A stretch of 63,741 nt of DNA, counting the filler, from Chthonomonadaceae bacterium (GTDB lineage Bacteria > Armatimonadota > Chthonomonadetes > Chthonomonadales > Chthonomonadaceae), in the NCBI GenBank assembly GCA_035650735.1. It is 4 parts of 4 records of this genome, joined end to end, with 100 filler letters (N's around TTAATTAATTAA, not from the genome) between each part and the next. Parts side by side here need not be neighbours in the genome. Positions count along the whole stretch, not along the records: positions 30,670 to 57,263 come from DASRGZ010000013.1; positions 57,364 to 63,741 come from DASRGZ010000014.1; 2 more parts are not named here. One strand, 5' to 3'. The stretch's first letter is position 1, and the number at the start of each line of letters is the position of its first letter. Position numbers and translations under genes: made by a program. The notes beneath the pieces are model-generated. The model did not search any database. It saw only the letters and a list, made by a program, of their open reading frames with translations, and was not told where the DNA came from. Positions 48,312 through 58,433 of this stretch are shown piece after piece.

Positions 48312-48806
48312 ATGACTACCCAGAAAATGCGAGAGATCCTGAAAATCTTGGAGCGGGACGCCCATGCCGCCCCGGATCAGATCGCCGCCCTCACCGGCCT
48401 GCCCGAAGAGGAAGTGCGCCGCCAGATCCAGGCATGGGAAGAGAGCGGTATCATCCGGCGCTACAAGACCGTGATTGACTGGGAGAAGTTCGGCGAAGAG
48501 AAGGTCTTCGCCTTCATTGATGTCAAGGTCACGCCCGCACGCGGCGTCGGCTTTGATGACGTCGCCGAGCGCATCTACCGTTATCCCGAAGTTCATTCCG
48601 TCTATCTTGTCTCCGGCACACAGGATCTGCGCTGCGTCGTCGAGGGCCGCACCATCAAGGAAGTGGCCGATTTCGTCGCGCAGAAGCTGGCAACCATTGA
48701 CCGGGTCAACTCCACCTCCACGCATTTTCTGCTCAAGAAATACAAGGACGACGGGGACATCTTTGCCGAGAGCGAAGCCGATCACCGTCTGATGGTAACC
48801 CCATGA
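48312..48806 (+). CDS. Lrp/AsnC family regulator (YugG-like)
   Basis: ILKILERDA HTH, GIIRRYKTVIDWEK, VYLVSG, THFLLKKYK. Confidence 0.92.
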   Translation: MTTQKMREILKILERDAHAAPDQIAALTGLPEEEVRRQIQAWEESGIIRRYKTVIDWEKFGEEKVFAFIDVKVTPARGVGFDDVAERIYRYPEVHSVYLVSGTQDLRCVVEGRTIKEVADFVAQKLATIDRVNSTSTHFLLKKYKDDGDIFAESEADHRLMVTP

Positions 48807-50080
48807 CGAGGCCTGAAAAGCGCGAAGATGCGTCGCCTGGGCGCCGCCCATGTAAGCCGCTCAATACGGTTATCGCCAACTGCCCGCCCTCGGGCATTCG
48901 TCGCTTCTTCGACATTGCCCAGCAGATGGAGAACGTCATCTCCCTGGGCGTGGGCGAACCCGACTTCGTGACGCCCTGGCGCATTCGGGAAGCCGGAATC
49001 TGGTCGCTGGAGCGCGGCTACACCACCTATACCTCCAACAGCGGCCTGCTGGATCTGCGGCAGCGCATCTGCGCCCATCTGAACCGGCGCTACGGCGCCG
49101 ACTACGACCCCGTATCGGAATGCCTCATCACCGTCGGCGTCTCCGAGGGACTGGACCTGGCCCTGCGCGTCGTGCTCAACCCCGGCGACGAAGTCCTGGT
49201 GCCTGAGCCCTGTTATGTCTCCTACGCCCCCTGCGTGGAGTTCGCGGGCGGCGTGGTCGTGCCGGTCAAAACCGACGCCTGCGACGGCTTCCGCCTGCAT
49301 GCCGAGCGCGTGGCCGCCGCCATCACCCCCCGCACCAAAGCCCTGCTGTTCGGCTCACCCGCCAACCCCACCGGAGCGACCCAGTCCCGCGCCGACCTTC
49401 AGGCATTGGTGGATCTGGCCGTCGCGCACGACTTCTATCTGATCTCGGATGAGATTTACGACCGGCTGACCTATGTGGGCCAACATACCTGCCTGGGGAC
49501 GCTGCCGGGCGCACGCGAGCGTACTGTAGTGCTCAATGGGTTCTCGAAAGCCTACGCCATGACCGGCTGGCGCGTCGGCTACGTCTGCGCGCCCGAGCCC
49601 ATCACGACCCTGATGACCCGCGTGCATCAGTACACCATGCTCTGCGCCTCTCATCTGGCCCAACTGGCCGCCATCGAGGCCCTGGATAACGCCGAGCCCG
49701 ATGTGGAGGAGATGGTTGCCGATTACGACCGCCGCCGCCGCTTCTTTGTGCAGGGCCTCAACCGGATCGGGCTGGACTGCTACGAGCCGCGCGGCGCGTT
49801 CTACGCCTTCCCGTCCATTCGCCGCTCCGGCATGCGCTCAGAGGAATTTGCCGAGCGCCTGCTGATGGAGGAGCGCGTCGCCGTCGTGCCGGGCAGCGCC
49901 TTTGGGCCCTCCGGCGAGGGACACGTGCGCTGCTCCTATGCCACGGCCCTGCCCCTGTTGGAAGAGGCGCTGGAGCGCATGGGCCGGTTCATGCGCCGCC
50001 CTGCGCCCGATAGGCTGGATAAGGGAGAGGCGCCCGCGCTGAGAATATCTTCGGGCCTGGGCGCAGGCCAGGGAGCATAA
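48803..50080 (+). CDS. PLP-dependent aminotransferase class I/II (YugH-like)
   Basis: PSGIRRFFD, SLGVGEPDF, PANPTG, SDEIY, GFSKAYAMTGWRVG. Confidence 0.93.
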   Translation: MTRPEKREDASPGRRPCKPLNTVIANCPPSGIRRFFDIAQQMENVISLGVGEPDFVTPWRIREAGIWSLERGYTTYTSNSGLLDLRQRICAHLNRRYGADYDPVSECLITVGVSEGLDLALRVVLNPGDEVLVPEPCYVSYAPCVEFAGGVVVPVKTDACDGFRLHAERVAAAITPRTKALLFGSPANPTGATQSRADLQALVDLAVAHDFYLISDEIYDRLTYVGQHTCLGTLPGARERTVVLNGFSKAYAMTGWRVGYVCAPEPITTLMTRVHQYTMLCASHLAQLAAIEALDNAEPDVEEMVADYDRRRRFFVQGLNRIGLDCYEPRGAFYAFPSIRRSGMRSEEFAERLLMEERVAVVPGSAFGPSGEGHVRCSYATALPLLEEALERMGRFMRRPAPDRLDKGEAPALRISSGLGAGQGA

Positions 50081-50186
50081 TACGCTAGCCACAGGAACAG
50101 ACGCAAGGAGCGGAGCGTAACTAGGGATTAAGCAATAGGCCGCGACGCCAGACGCGCAGAGAGGGACAGCGCCCCGATATAAGGGG

Positions 50187-50327
50187 GAAGGAGGAAGGAG
50201 GAAGGATGAAGGCAGAAGGATGAATAAAGCCCTGGTTCTTGTTCTCCTTCCGCCTTGCTGGGAAGTGACGAGGGATGAAGCAAAGCCCTGGCTCTTTTCA
50301 TCCTTCATCCTTGCGCTTTCATCCTTC
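50187..50327. repeat. Inverted heptamer simple repeats (GAAGGAT / TTCATCC)
   Basis: GAAGGAG-GAAGGAG-GAAGGAT-GAAGGCA-GAAGGAT ... TTCATCC-TTCATCC...TTCATCCTTC. Confidence 0.7.
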
Positions 50328-50415
50328 GGAAGGGCTGCCCGGAGAGGTGCTGTCCCCAGGAAGAGAGAAAATACCATTGCCGGCGCAGTCGCGCTGTGGA
50401 CGGCGGCCTGAAGGA

Positions 50416-51060
50416 ATGAGACGACATCCTATCTATCGCTATGGCGGGATACCGCTTTGTATCGGATTGTGGTTGGCGGGAGCGCTAGGGGCGCGCGCAG
50501 ACCGGGCCCTGCTCTCCCCGGAAGGCAGCACCCTGCCGCCCGATGGGGTTAAGGCGGAGTTCGGCATCAATCCGTCTCGCAGCGATCAGAACCTAAGCTG
50601 GCTGCAATTTACCACCTCTGAAGGCATCGAGGTGGAGTTGCAGCGCTTCGATCTGCTCTCGTTCTCTAAGGCGCGTACCGCGCTCAATGTGGAATATCCG
50701 TTGATAAGCGACCTGGGGAAGATCCCGGCGATTTCGCTGGGCGTGCGCGATCTGCTCGGCACCGGCGACGACCACCGCGCCTTCTATCTGGCGGTAACCA
50801 GGACCTTCCCTCTCTCCGACCGGCAGCTCAAGGTGCTGCGGGAGTTCAAACTCAATGCAGGCGCGGGAACCGGCCAGATCGGCGGGCCCTTTATCAGCGC
50901 GCAGGCGCGTTTTACGGCTGGGTTCAGCCTCTATGCCGAACTCTACCGGCGTCGCCCGAATTTTGGACTGGCCCTGCCTCTGGCACGCAATATGCAGGCC
51001 AAAGTCTTTAGCCTGGACGGCGCCGTCTACTATGGTCTCTCCTTTACCTGGACGCACTAA
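50416..51060 (+). CDS. Exported beta-strand protein, possible small outer-membrane barrel (YjbH-like)
   Basis: Signal peptide ending ARA, PAISLGVRDLLG, FYLAVT, amphipathic C-terminal strands. Confidence 0.55.
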   Translation: MRRHPIYRYGGIPLCIGLWLAGALGARADRALLSPEGSTLPPDGVKAEFGINPSRSDQNLSWLQFTTSEGIEVELQRFDLLSFSKARTALNVEYPLISDLGKIPAISLGVRDLLGTGDDHRAFYLAVTRTFPLSDRQLKVLREFKLNAGAGTGQIGGPFISAQARFTAGFSLYAELYRRRPNFGLALPLARNMQAKVFSLDGAVYYGLSFTWTH

Positions 51061-51134
51061 GCCCTGCGCTGGAGAAAGCCGGGCCGCTCCACGCCCGGCT
51101 CCAGGACGCTTTGCAAGCGAGGCATGGATGTAAG

Positions 51135-52280
51135 ATGACTCTATATCATGATCATCGGCGTGTGGTGCTCATCAAGAGCCTGGCCACCAATAATCGGTTC
51201 TACGCACTCGTCGATCCGGAGAGCGGCATTCGCAACGCCGACACGGTAGAGGCCATACCCGACAACCTCCTGCTCGGCATCGCCTATCCCTGCCTGGAAG
51301 ATGGTCTCAACGACTTCGCCGTCATCCGCACGACCTTCGAGACGCTCGACCTCTTCCCGGAAGACGATCCGATCCGGGCCGAAATGATGGAGATCATTAA
51401 CGATGCGCGCGGCAACCTTAGGCAGCGTCTAACCGAACTGCGCGACAAAATCGCCGCCAGCAAAGCCCATTTCCTGGGCACCGATTATGAGGAGTTCAAA
51501 TCCTACGCGCTGGACATGATCCATCGCGGCTACCCGCGCCGCAACCTCGACAGCATGATGAAGCTCAATGTGTTCAGTTCCGTGGCACAGGCGGAAGGGC
51601 ATAACGACAGCAGCGAGCTGCTCTACCATTTCGAGTTTGCCTATCACAGTCCCGACGAGGCCGCTAACCTCTCGCCGCGCGAATTCCTCGTGGCCCTGTT
51701 TGACGAAGTGCTCAAAAGCGTTCTCGATGACGCCAATTACAAGAGCAAGTATCAGTTCGACCGAAATGTTTTCCAGAAGTTCATCGCAGTCATGTTTGTC
51801 AACTATGCGACCACCGACCCTGTCTTTTACGGCATCAATAGAAAAGATTATGGCGTCTCCAATGACAAGGAGATGGATGATACGCCGCTTTATCAGGCTA
51901 TTCACAGGGAACTTCGCGAGATAGAGCAGCGTCTGATGCGTGAAGGCGTTCTGGAGGCCGCGCCCGCCGGCATGGCAGAAGAGCCCGATTTCTCCGCTGC
52001 CGTGCCCCTGCCCGTCGGAGCGGTGCCCGAGGCGGGAGGGCGCCTCTCTTATGAGCAGGCGTCTTCCCTTTTGCCCGGTCAGCTCGTCAACGAAGATGTA
52101 TTGCTCGGCCCCATTACTTCTCTATGCTCGGCAGCCTCGCTGCTGATTCGGAAAAGTGACCCGGAAACACAGCGCTTTGCGCGCGTTATTCTGGCGGACG
52201 CTTCCAAGCTCGTCAATGAGCTCAAGCGCCTGGGAATCGTCTCGCCCTTCGCCAACGACCCTGGCGCCTGCGGCTACTAA
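51135..52280 (+). CDS. Hypothetical alpha-helical protein
   Basis: Long ORF with host-like codon usage; no recognised motif. Confidence 0.75.
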   Translation: MTLYHDHRRVVLIKSLATNNRFYALVDPESGIRNADTVEAIPDNLLLGIAYPCLEDGLNDFAVIRTTFETLDLFPEDDPIRAEMMEIINDARGNLRQRLTELRDKIAASKAHFLGTDYEEFKSYALDMIHRGYPRRNLDSMMKLNVFSSVAQAEGHNDSSELLYHFEFAYHSPDEAANLSPREFLVALFDEVLKSVLDDANYKSKYQFDRNVFQKFIAVMFVNYATTDPVFYGINRKDYGVSNDKEMDDTPLYQAIHRELREIEQRLMREGVLEAAPAGMAEEPDFSAAVPLPVGAVPEAGGRLSYEQASSLLPGQLVNEDVLLGPITSLCSAASLLIRKSDPETQRFARVILADASKLVNELKRLGIVSPFANDPGACGY

Positions 52281-52307
52281 GCTCACGAAACGAGCTGAGA
52301 ATCCCGC

Positions 52308-52337
52308 TTGACAAATTTCACCGGCAAAAGTTACAAT
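52308..52337 (+). promoter_or_regulatory. Putative sigma70 promoter upstream of shc
   Basis: TTGACA-N18-TACAAT. Confidence 0.55.
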
Positions 52338-52421
52338 ACATCGGCTTCGGCCCGGTAGGCAGCGCCCGACGTAACGGTGGTTTTCGGCCTTTTGCCTGCG
52401 TAGGCAGAACGTTTCGCCCAT

Positions 52422-52562
52422 AGGGGTGTCGCCAGGTGTCGCTAGGCGGAGGAACGAGCGAGCGCAGTTGCGACCCTGGCAGTGGCGCGAACCGTTGCAG
52501 CGCCGACCCTGGCAGTCGGCGGGCGCTTTGCACCCCACAGCGGCAGGGTTTAGCCTGCCGCG
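52422..52562. repeat. REP-like family B
   Basis: CGACCCTGGCAGT units and CAGCGGCAGGGTTTAGCCTGCCG. Confidence 0.7.
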
Positions 52563-52708
52563 TTGCAGCAGACGCAAAGCCGACTTGCAGTGGATGTTGT
52601 GTTTCTGAAGGCAGCCCTGATTATTCCAGAGCTAAGTAAGACCCACTCAAGGATTCAGGCCAGAACTCGGAGACCCAACTGCCCGAAAATTCTTCGGACG
52701 GTGAACAG

Positions 52709-54769
52709 TTGAATAGGCGAGTAGAACAGCAAACGGAAGCGGTGGTCTCCGCCTCTTCCCTTACGCGGCATAGCGCCCTGGTTTCCCATCGTATTTCGCT
52801 GGAGGTAGTACGGCACGCCGTGCGCGCCGCGCAGCGCTATCTCCTGGACCGTCAGGAACCGGACGGCTACTGGGTGGCGGAACTCGAAGGCGATACCATT
52901 CTGGAGAGCGAGTATATCCTGCTGCTGCAATTTCTAGGCAGGCGCGACCCGGAGAAGTTCCGCAAACTGGCCAACTACATTCGCCGCTGGCAGCACCCGG
53001 ACGGCTACTGGCCCATCTACCCCGGCGGCCCGCCCGATGTCAGCGCCTCCGTCAAAGCCTACTTCGCCTGCAAGCTGGCCGGGCACCAGGAGACCGAGCC
53101 CTTCATGCGCCGCGCCCGCCGCGCCATCCTCGATCTGGGCGGCGTGACGCGCTGTAACACCTTCACCAAGCTCTACCTCTCCATGTTCGGGCAGTACGAC
53201 TGGCATGGCGTGCCCACCATTCCACCGGAAACCATCCTGCTGCCCCACTGGTTCTACTTTAATATCTACGCGATGTCGTCCTGGTCGCGCGCCATCCTGG
53301 TGCCGCTGGCCGTGATGAACGCCTGTAAGCCCCGGCACCCTATCCCCGACCACGCCCACATTGACGAGCTGTTCGTAGACGGGCGCGACCGCAAGCGGCT
53401 GCGCCTCCAGTGGGACAAAAAGCCGCTTACCTGGCGCAACGTCTTCCTGGTCGTGGATAAGCTGCTCAAGATCTACGACGCCAGCCCGGTCAAGCCTTTC
53501 CGCAAGCTGGCCCTGCAGCGCTCTCTGGCCTGGCTGCTGGAGCGCGAGGAGAACAGCGGCGGTCTGGGAGCTATCTTCCCGGCCATGACGCACGCGATCA
53601 TGGCCTACAAATGCATGGGCCTGCCGGATAACCATCCGGCCATCAGCAAAGAATTGGCCGAGCTGGCCGCCTTTGAAATTGAAGAGGACGACACGCTTCG
53701 GCTGCAGCCCTGCGTCTCGCCCATCTGGGATACGGCCATCGTGCTCAACGCCCTGGCCGATAGCGGCTATCCCACCGACAGCCAGGCCGTCCTTCGCGCC
53801 GCCGAATGGCTGCTCTCCAAGCAGACGAAGCGGAAAGGGGATTGGGCCGTCAAGGTGCCCGACGTGGAGCCGGGCGGGTGGTATTTCGAGATGGAGAACG
53901 AGTACTACCCGGACGTGGACGATACCGTCATGGTGCTGATGGCCCTCTACAAGACCTACTGCCCGGACGGTCAGCCCTGGACGGAAACGCCGCCGCCCGT
54001 GCGCGAGGCCATGCGGCGCGGCCTGGAGTGGGTCTTCGCGATGCAAAACAAGGACGGCGGCTGGGCCAGCTTCGACAAGGACAACAACAACGTCCTGTTC
54101 CAGTATGTGCCCTACGCCGACCATAATGCCATGCTCGATCCCTCCTCCGCCGACATCACGGCGCGCACCCTGGAGATGTGCTCCTACTATGGCCTCGGCC
54201 CGGACGATCCACGCGTGCGCCGAGCCATCGCCTACCTCTATCGCGAGCAGGAGGAGGACGGCTCCTGGTTCGGGCGCTGGGGCGTCAATTATATCTACGG
54301 CACCTGGCAGACGCTGCGCGGCCTGGCGCGCAGCGGCGAGGATATGCGCTCAGAGCCCATTCAGCGCGCCGCGCGCTGGCTGCGCTCGGTGCAGAACGAG
54401 GACGGCGGTTGGGGAGAGACCTGCCAGTCCTACGAGCCGGGCCATCCGAAGGCCGACGGCCCCAGCACGGCCTCGCAGACGGCCTGGGCGCTGATGGGCC
54501 TGTTTAACGCGGGGGACCTGGATAGTCCTGCTGTGCAGCGCGGGCTGGACTACCTGCTGCGCCATCAGAACAGCGACGGCACCTGGGAGGAGCAGTGGTT
54601 TACGGGCACGGGCTTTCCGCGCGTGTTCTACCTGCGCTACCACTACTACCGCCACTACTTCCCGCTCTGGGCGCTGGCGCAGTACCACACCTTTGTCACG
54701 GGCGAGTCGCCCGACGGCCCCGCCAACGAGAAGGCCGAAGGAGGGCGCTTCGCCAATCTCGAAGTCTGA
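52709..54769 (+). CDS. shc: Squalene-hopene cyclase
   Basis: QW repeats, QPCVSPIWDT, YPDVDDT (DxDD), GRWGVNYIYGT, TGTGFPRVFYLRY. Confidence 0.96.
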   Translation: MNRRVEQQTEAVVSASSLTRHSALVSHRISLEVVRHAVRAAQRYLLDRQEPDGYWVAELEGDTILESEYILLLQFLGRRDPEKFRKLANYIRRWQHPDGYWPIYPGGPPDVSASVKAYFACKLAGHQETEPFMRRARRAILDLGGVTRCNTFTKLYLSMFGQYDWHGVPTIPPETILLPHWFYFNIYAMSSWSRAILVPLAVMNACKPRHPIPDHAHIDELFVDGRDRKRLRLQWDKKPLTWRNVFLVVDKLLKIYDASPVKPFRKLALQRSLAWLLEREENSGGLGAIFPAMTHAIMAYKCMGLPDNHPAISKELAELAAFEIEEDDTLRLQPCVSPIWDTAIVLNALADSGYPTDSQAVLRAAEWLLSKQTKRKGDWAVKVPDVEPGGWYFEMENEYYPDVDDTVMVLMALYKTYCPDGQPWTETPPPVREAMRRGLEWVFAMQNKDGGWASFDKDNNNVLFQYVPYADHNAMLDPSSADITARTLEMCSYYGLGPDDPRVRRAIAYLYREQEEDGSWFGRWGVNYIYGTWQTLRGLARSGEDMRSEPIQRAARWLRSVQNEDGGWGETCQSYEPGHPKADGPSTASQTAWALMGLFNAGDLDSPAVQRGLDYLLRHQNSDGTWEEQWFTGTGFPRVFYLRYHYYRHYFPLWALAQYHTFVTGESPDGPANEKAEGGRFANLEV

Positions 54770-54915
54770 TTTGCTGGCAGACCCCGAGAGAGTCTGCCGG
54801 GACCCTGGGCGAGGTAGAGAACGCGGCCTCGGATAACAAGGACGCGCTCCCCGGAGGAGCGCGCAAGAAGGCCGCGAGAAACCCGCCGCATTTTGTTTGA
54901 AGGAGGAGCGCTCTT

Positions 54916-55794
54916 ATGATTTCCCGTCGTTGCGTCGTGTTCGGCCTTGCCGGCCTGCTCGCCGCCGGCCTGATGATCGGGTGCGGTGACCCGCAGGCAG
55001 CCACGAATTTCAGCGATATGCGCGTGGTTAACGCGCTTGTAGGTGCGCCCAACGGCAGCGCGGTAGATGTGGACATCTCCCATGGTTACCAGCCGGTGAC
55101 GAATTTGCCATTTGGCGGCGTGTCTTCATTTCAGAATGGGAGGCTGGGTGAGGCCGATTTTACCGTCCGGTCCGCCAATACGCAGAACGTGCTGGTCCCC
55201 GCCAACACGGTCACCCTGCAAACAGGGAAGGCGCAGACGGTCGCCATCGCAGGGGTCGTCGGTGGGCAGGGCGCGCTGGCCCCGCGCCTTTTCAGGTTCC
55301 TGGAGGATACGATTCCGGCCAATTTCGTTCCCGCGCAAACTGGCACAGCGCAGCCGGATAACATCACATTTGCCGTCCGTGTCTATAATCTTAGCCCGGA
55401 TAGCGGCCCGATAAACCTGGAGCCTTCCGCGCTCGGCCTGACCAATGTAAGCTACGGAAGCGCCTCAGATTATATTATTGTAACCGCGCCGGCAGATAGG
55501 GGACCCGATCCGAATGATCCCGCCAAAATGATCTCGCTAGGACGTGCAACCATCGACTTTGCGTTCAGAGAGACGGCGACCGGGAATCTGATTCCTCGGA
55601 CCGGTGCGGCACTATTTGTGGTTGTGCCCGGCAACGTGGTTAACGTCTTTGCCGTAGGGCTGCGTAATCCCGGCCCAGGGCAACAGGGATTTACGGTGGA
55701 GGTCGTACCAATAACGAACCCGATTCCACAAACGACAACCACGACGCAGACGGGCGCGCGTTCACAGCCCCGTGAGCTGCACCTGACCAGGTGA
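54916..55794 (+). CDS. DUF4397-like lipoprotein
   Basis: Lipobox-like MIGC; MRVVNAL...AVDV...NLPFG and VRVYNLSPD...NVSYG repeats. Confidence 0.7.
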   Translation: MISRRCVVFGLAGLLAAGLMIGCGDPQAATNFSDMRVVNALVGAPNGSAVDVDISHGYQPVTNLPFGGVSSFQNGRLGEADFTVRSANTQNVLVPANTVTLQTGKAQTVAIAGVVGGQGALAPRLFRFLEDTIPANFVPAQTGTAQPDNITFAVRVYNLSPDSGPINLEPSALGLTNVSYGSASDYIIVTAPADRGPDPNDPAKMISLGRATIDFAFRETATGNLIPRTGAALFVVVPGNVVNVFAVGLRNPGPGQQGFTVEVVPITNPIPQTTTTTQTGARSQPRELHLTR

Positions 55795-55960
55795 GGGCGA
55801 ATAAGCCGAAGAGCGATTTCGCGGCGGGTTTCGGGTATAATCTTAGGACAAAAGCCCGGCTGAGAATCCTCCCGCGCCAGGAACGTCTGGCAGACAGGGC
55901 CGGCACCATAGCACGAGGCTGTGTCCGACTGTGTCCAGGGAAGGAAGGAATGACAGGATA

Positions 55961-56962
55961 ATGCGTTTCCCCATTGGGTTCACTATGGCTCAGGCGCGGC
56001 ATCGCGCCAAGATGGAGCGGGCCGGACAGAAGCGCTACCCGACGGTGCTGATGCTGGAGCCGCTCTATACCTGCAATCTGGCCTGCATCGGCTGCTCGGT
56101 CGAGCGCCACACGGGCAAACTGTCCGACCGCATGTCGCTGGAAACCTGCTTCAAGGCGGTGGATGATTGCGGCGCACCCATCGTGAACCTATGCGGCGGC
56201 GAGCCGACCCTCTACCCGGAACTCAAGGAGCTTATCGAGGGCTTGATCGCCCGCGATAAGTACATCATTCTCTGCACCAACGCGCTCAAGCTCGATACCA
56301 AGGTCTTCGGCGTCATCCCGCCCCATCCGCAACTGTTCCTGATGATCCACCTGGACGGGATGCGCGAAACGCATGACTACGTCTGCAATCGCAAGGGCGT
56401 CTTCGATAAAGCCCTCGCGATGATCCAGCAGGCCAAGCAGCTCGGCTACTACGTCTACCTGAATACAACGGTCTTCAAGGAGACCCAGGTGGAGGAGGTC
56501 GAAGCGCTGTGCAAGCTGGTGGACGAGCTTCATGCCGACGGCATCTTAATCTCGCCGGGCTACGAGTATGAGAGCGTGGAGCGCGACATCTTCCTGACCA
56601 AAGAGCAGATTCACGAGAAGTTCCGCGCCATCCGAACCTTTGCCCCCAAGTATAAGATCAACGCGACGCCGTTCTTCCTGGAGTTTGCGGCGGGCCTGCG
56701 CGAGCTGCCCTGCTCCCCCTGGTCCACTGTCAACTACACTCCGCATGGCTGGAAAGCGCCCTGCTATCTGGTCGGCGAGAAGTTCTATCCCGATTGGGAG
56801 ACGTTCTGGAACGAAACCAACTGGGAGTACTGGGAGTCGCGGCTGGACCCGAAGTGCCAGAACTGCAAGATGCACAGCGGCTTCGAGCACAGCGCGGTCA
56901 GCGAGGCGATGAAGTCCATGAAGGGCAAGTTGCAGCTTGCCGCCTGGTCGCTGTCAAAGTAA
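55961..56962 (+). CDS. hpnH: Adenosyl-hopene transferase (radical SAM) HpnH
   Basis: VLMLEPLYTCNLACIGC, ISPGY, CSPW, PCYL, CQNCKMHSGFE; next to shc. Confidence 0.93.
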   Translation: MRFPIGFTMAQARHRAKMERAGQKRYPTVLMLEPLYTCNLACIGCSVERHTGKLSDRMSLETCFKAVDDCGAPIVNLCGGEPTLYPELKELIEGLIARDKYIILCTNALKLDTKVFGVIPPHPQLFLMIHLDGMRETHDYVCNRKGVFDKALAMIQQAKQLGYYVYLNTTVFKETQVEEVEALCKLVDELHADGILISPGYEYESVERDIFLTKEQIHEKFRAIRTFAPKYKINATPFFLEFAAGLRELPCSPWSTVNYTPHGWKAPCYLVGEKFYPDWETFWNETNWEYWESRLDPKCQNCKMHSGFEHSAVSEAMKSMKGKLQLAAWSLSK

Positions 56963-57054
56963 TGCGGTTTAGGTAACCGGAGCCTTAACCTAATTGGAAA
57001 CGCGTGTTACGTAGGCGCGCTCCTGGCGAGTAGGGGTTCCGTCCGCAGCATCCA

Positions 57055-57263
57055 GCCGGGCACGGAAAGTACCCGTCTGGATGGCCTACGGCCAAGCGTC
57101 CTCGCGGGCGCCCCATTGCGGCAGGTTCTTCCTGCTCTACGAAGAGAGCAACCTCCCGATAGGCAGGTGGTTCCGTCCGCAGGCATAGCCGCCCCGGCAC
57201 GCCGGGGGGTGAAAACCCCCGTCTGGAGGGCCTACGGCCAGGCGTCCTGGCGGACGCAAAGCC
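57055..57263. repeat. REP-like family A at the contig end
   Basis: Same units as at 9998-10240. Confidence 0.75.
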
Positions 57264-57363
57264 NNNNNNNNNNNNNNNNNNNNNNNNNNNNNNNNNNNNN
57301 NNNNNNNTTAATTAATTAANNNNNNNNNNNNNNNNNNNNNNNNNNNNNNNNNNNNNNNNNNNN
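57264..57363. other. Artificial contig linker
   Basis: N-run around TTAATTAATTAA. Confidence 0.98.
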
Positions 57364-57910
57364 CGACGACCAGCACATCCATGCCGAAGTACTCCGTCGG
57401 CTCATGGAAACGGCAGTGAACGTGGGGCAGATCCGCGCCCGGACACGGCAGCCGCACCGGCACGTCCCATACGCCCGAAGCCAGCACCAGGAACCGCCCG
57501 CGATACGTCCGCGCCAGGTCGCCGTTCGGTTCCGTGAGCGTGTGGAGCACAAACAGGTCGCCCTCGCGCCGCACGTCGGCGATGCGCTCCCAGAGGGAGA
57601 GGTTGAGGTTCCGATAGGCGGCGACGGCGCGGAAATAGGGCAGGATGTCCTCTCGGGTGGGCTTATCGCCGCCGCGCATCGGGAAGGGCACGCCGCCGAC
57701 CGCCATTTCGTCGGGCGGGGAGAAGAAGCGCAACGTCTGCGGGTACTCCACAAACGAGTGCGCCAGCCCGCGCCGGTCTATGATACGGTGCGTCAGGCCC
57801 AGATCCTGAGCGGTGCAGGCCGCGTGCAGGCCCGCCGGCCCCGCCCCCACAATCAAAACGTCTACCACGTCCTCCTGCTGCCGTTTGTTTGCCTCCTCGC
57901 CGCTCTGCAC
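57364..57910 (-). CDS. FAD-dependent oxidoreductase, YpdA/thioredoxin reductase-like (3' truncated)
   Basis: DVLIVGAGPAGL, YPQTLRFFS, KPTREDILPYFR, LVLASG, PGADLPHV. Confidence 0.85.
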
Positions 57911-58024
57911 TTAGCCTTTCTCCTTCCGTTTTTCCTCCTGGTTAATACGCGCGCCGACATCGAAGTTTCAGCAGCGCCGACGTTGCCGAGGATGCAAATC
58001 GCTCTGGCTTGCATCTCAGCCCGT

Positions 58025-58280
58025 GCCGGGCATTGAAAATACCCGGCTCTAGGGCCTACGGCCAAGCGTCCTTCGGACGCACCTCACCCCCGACCCCTCT
58101 CCTTGCGAAGGAGAGGGGAGAGCAGAAGCCGGGTCTTTTCCTACCCTCCACAAAGGCAGCCACCTGCCGATAGGCCGGTCGTTCCGTCCGCAGGACGGTT
58201 GGCGGCGCAGCCACCCTCTAGCCGGGCATTTTCAACCCCCGGCTAGGACCGGGGTTTTCAACCCCCGGCGCTCTAGGGCT
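58025..58280. repeat. REP-like family A units around a CCTCACCCCCGACCCCTCTCC...GGAGAGGGG unit
   Basis: Matches units at 10120-10240 and 62767-62865. Confidence 0.75.
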
Positions 58281-58433
58281 TGCCTGATGGTTGCAATGGC
58301 GGAGGGGAGGCGGGCTTTCTGCGCGGCCCTGCGTACAAACCAGCCTGATCGCGGTCAACTATGGTATAATGACTCTCCATTGCAGGCCCGTATTCCATAA
58401 GGTTATGTGGTGAAAGGCAGCAGAGCAGCCGCT

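Noticed and set aside
52565..52620. GACGCAAAGCC resembling the c-di-GMP-I riboswitch core
   Set aside because: The upstream GGCAAAC/GAAA stem is absent, and the same string occurs as part of a REP at 57253-57263.
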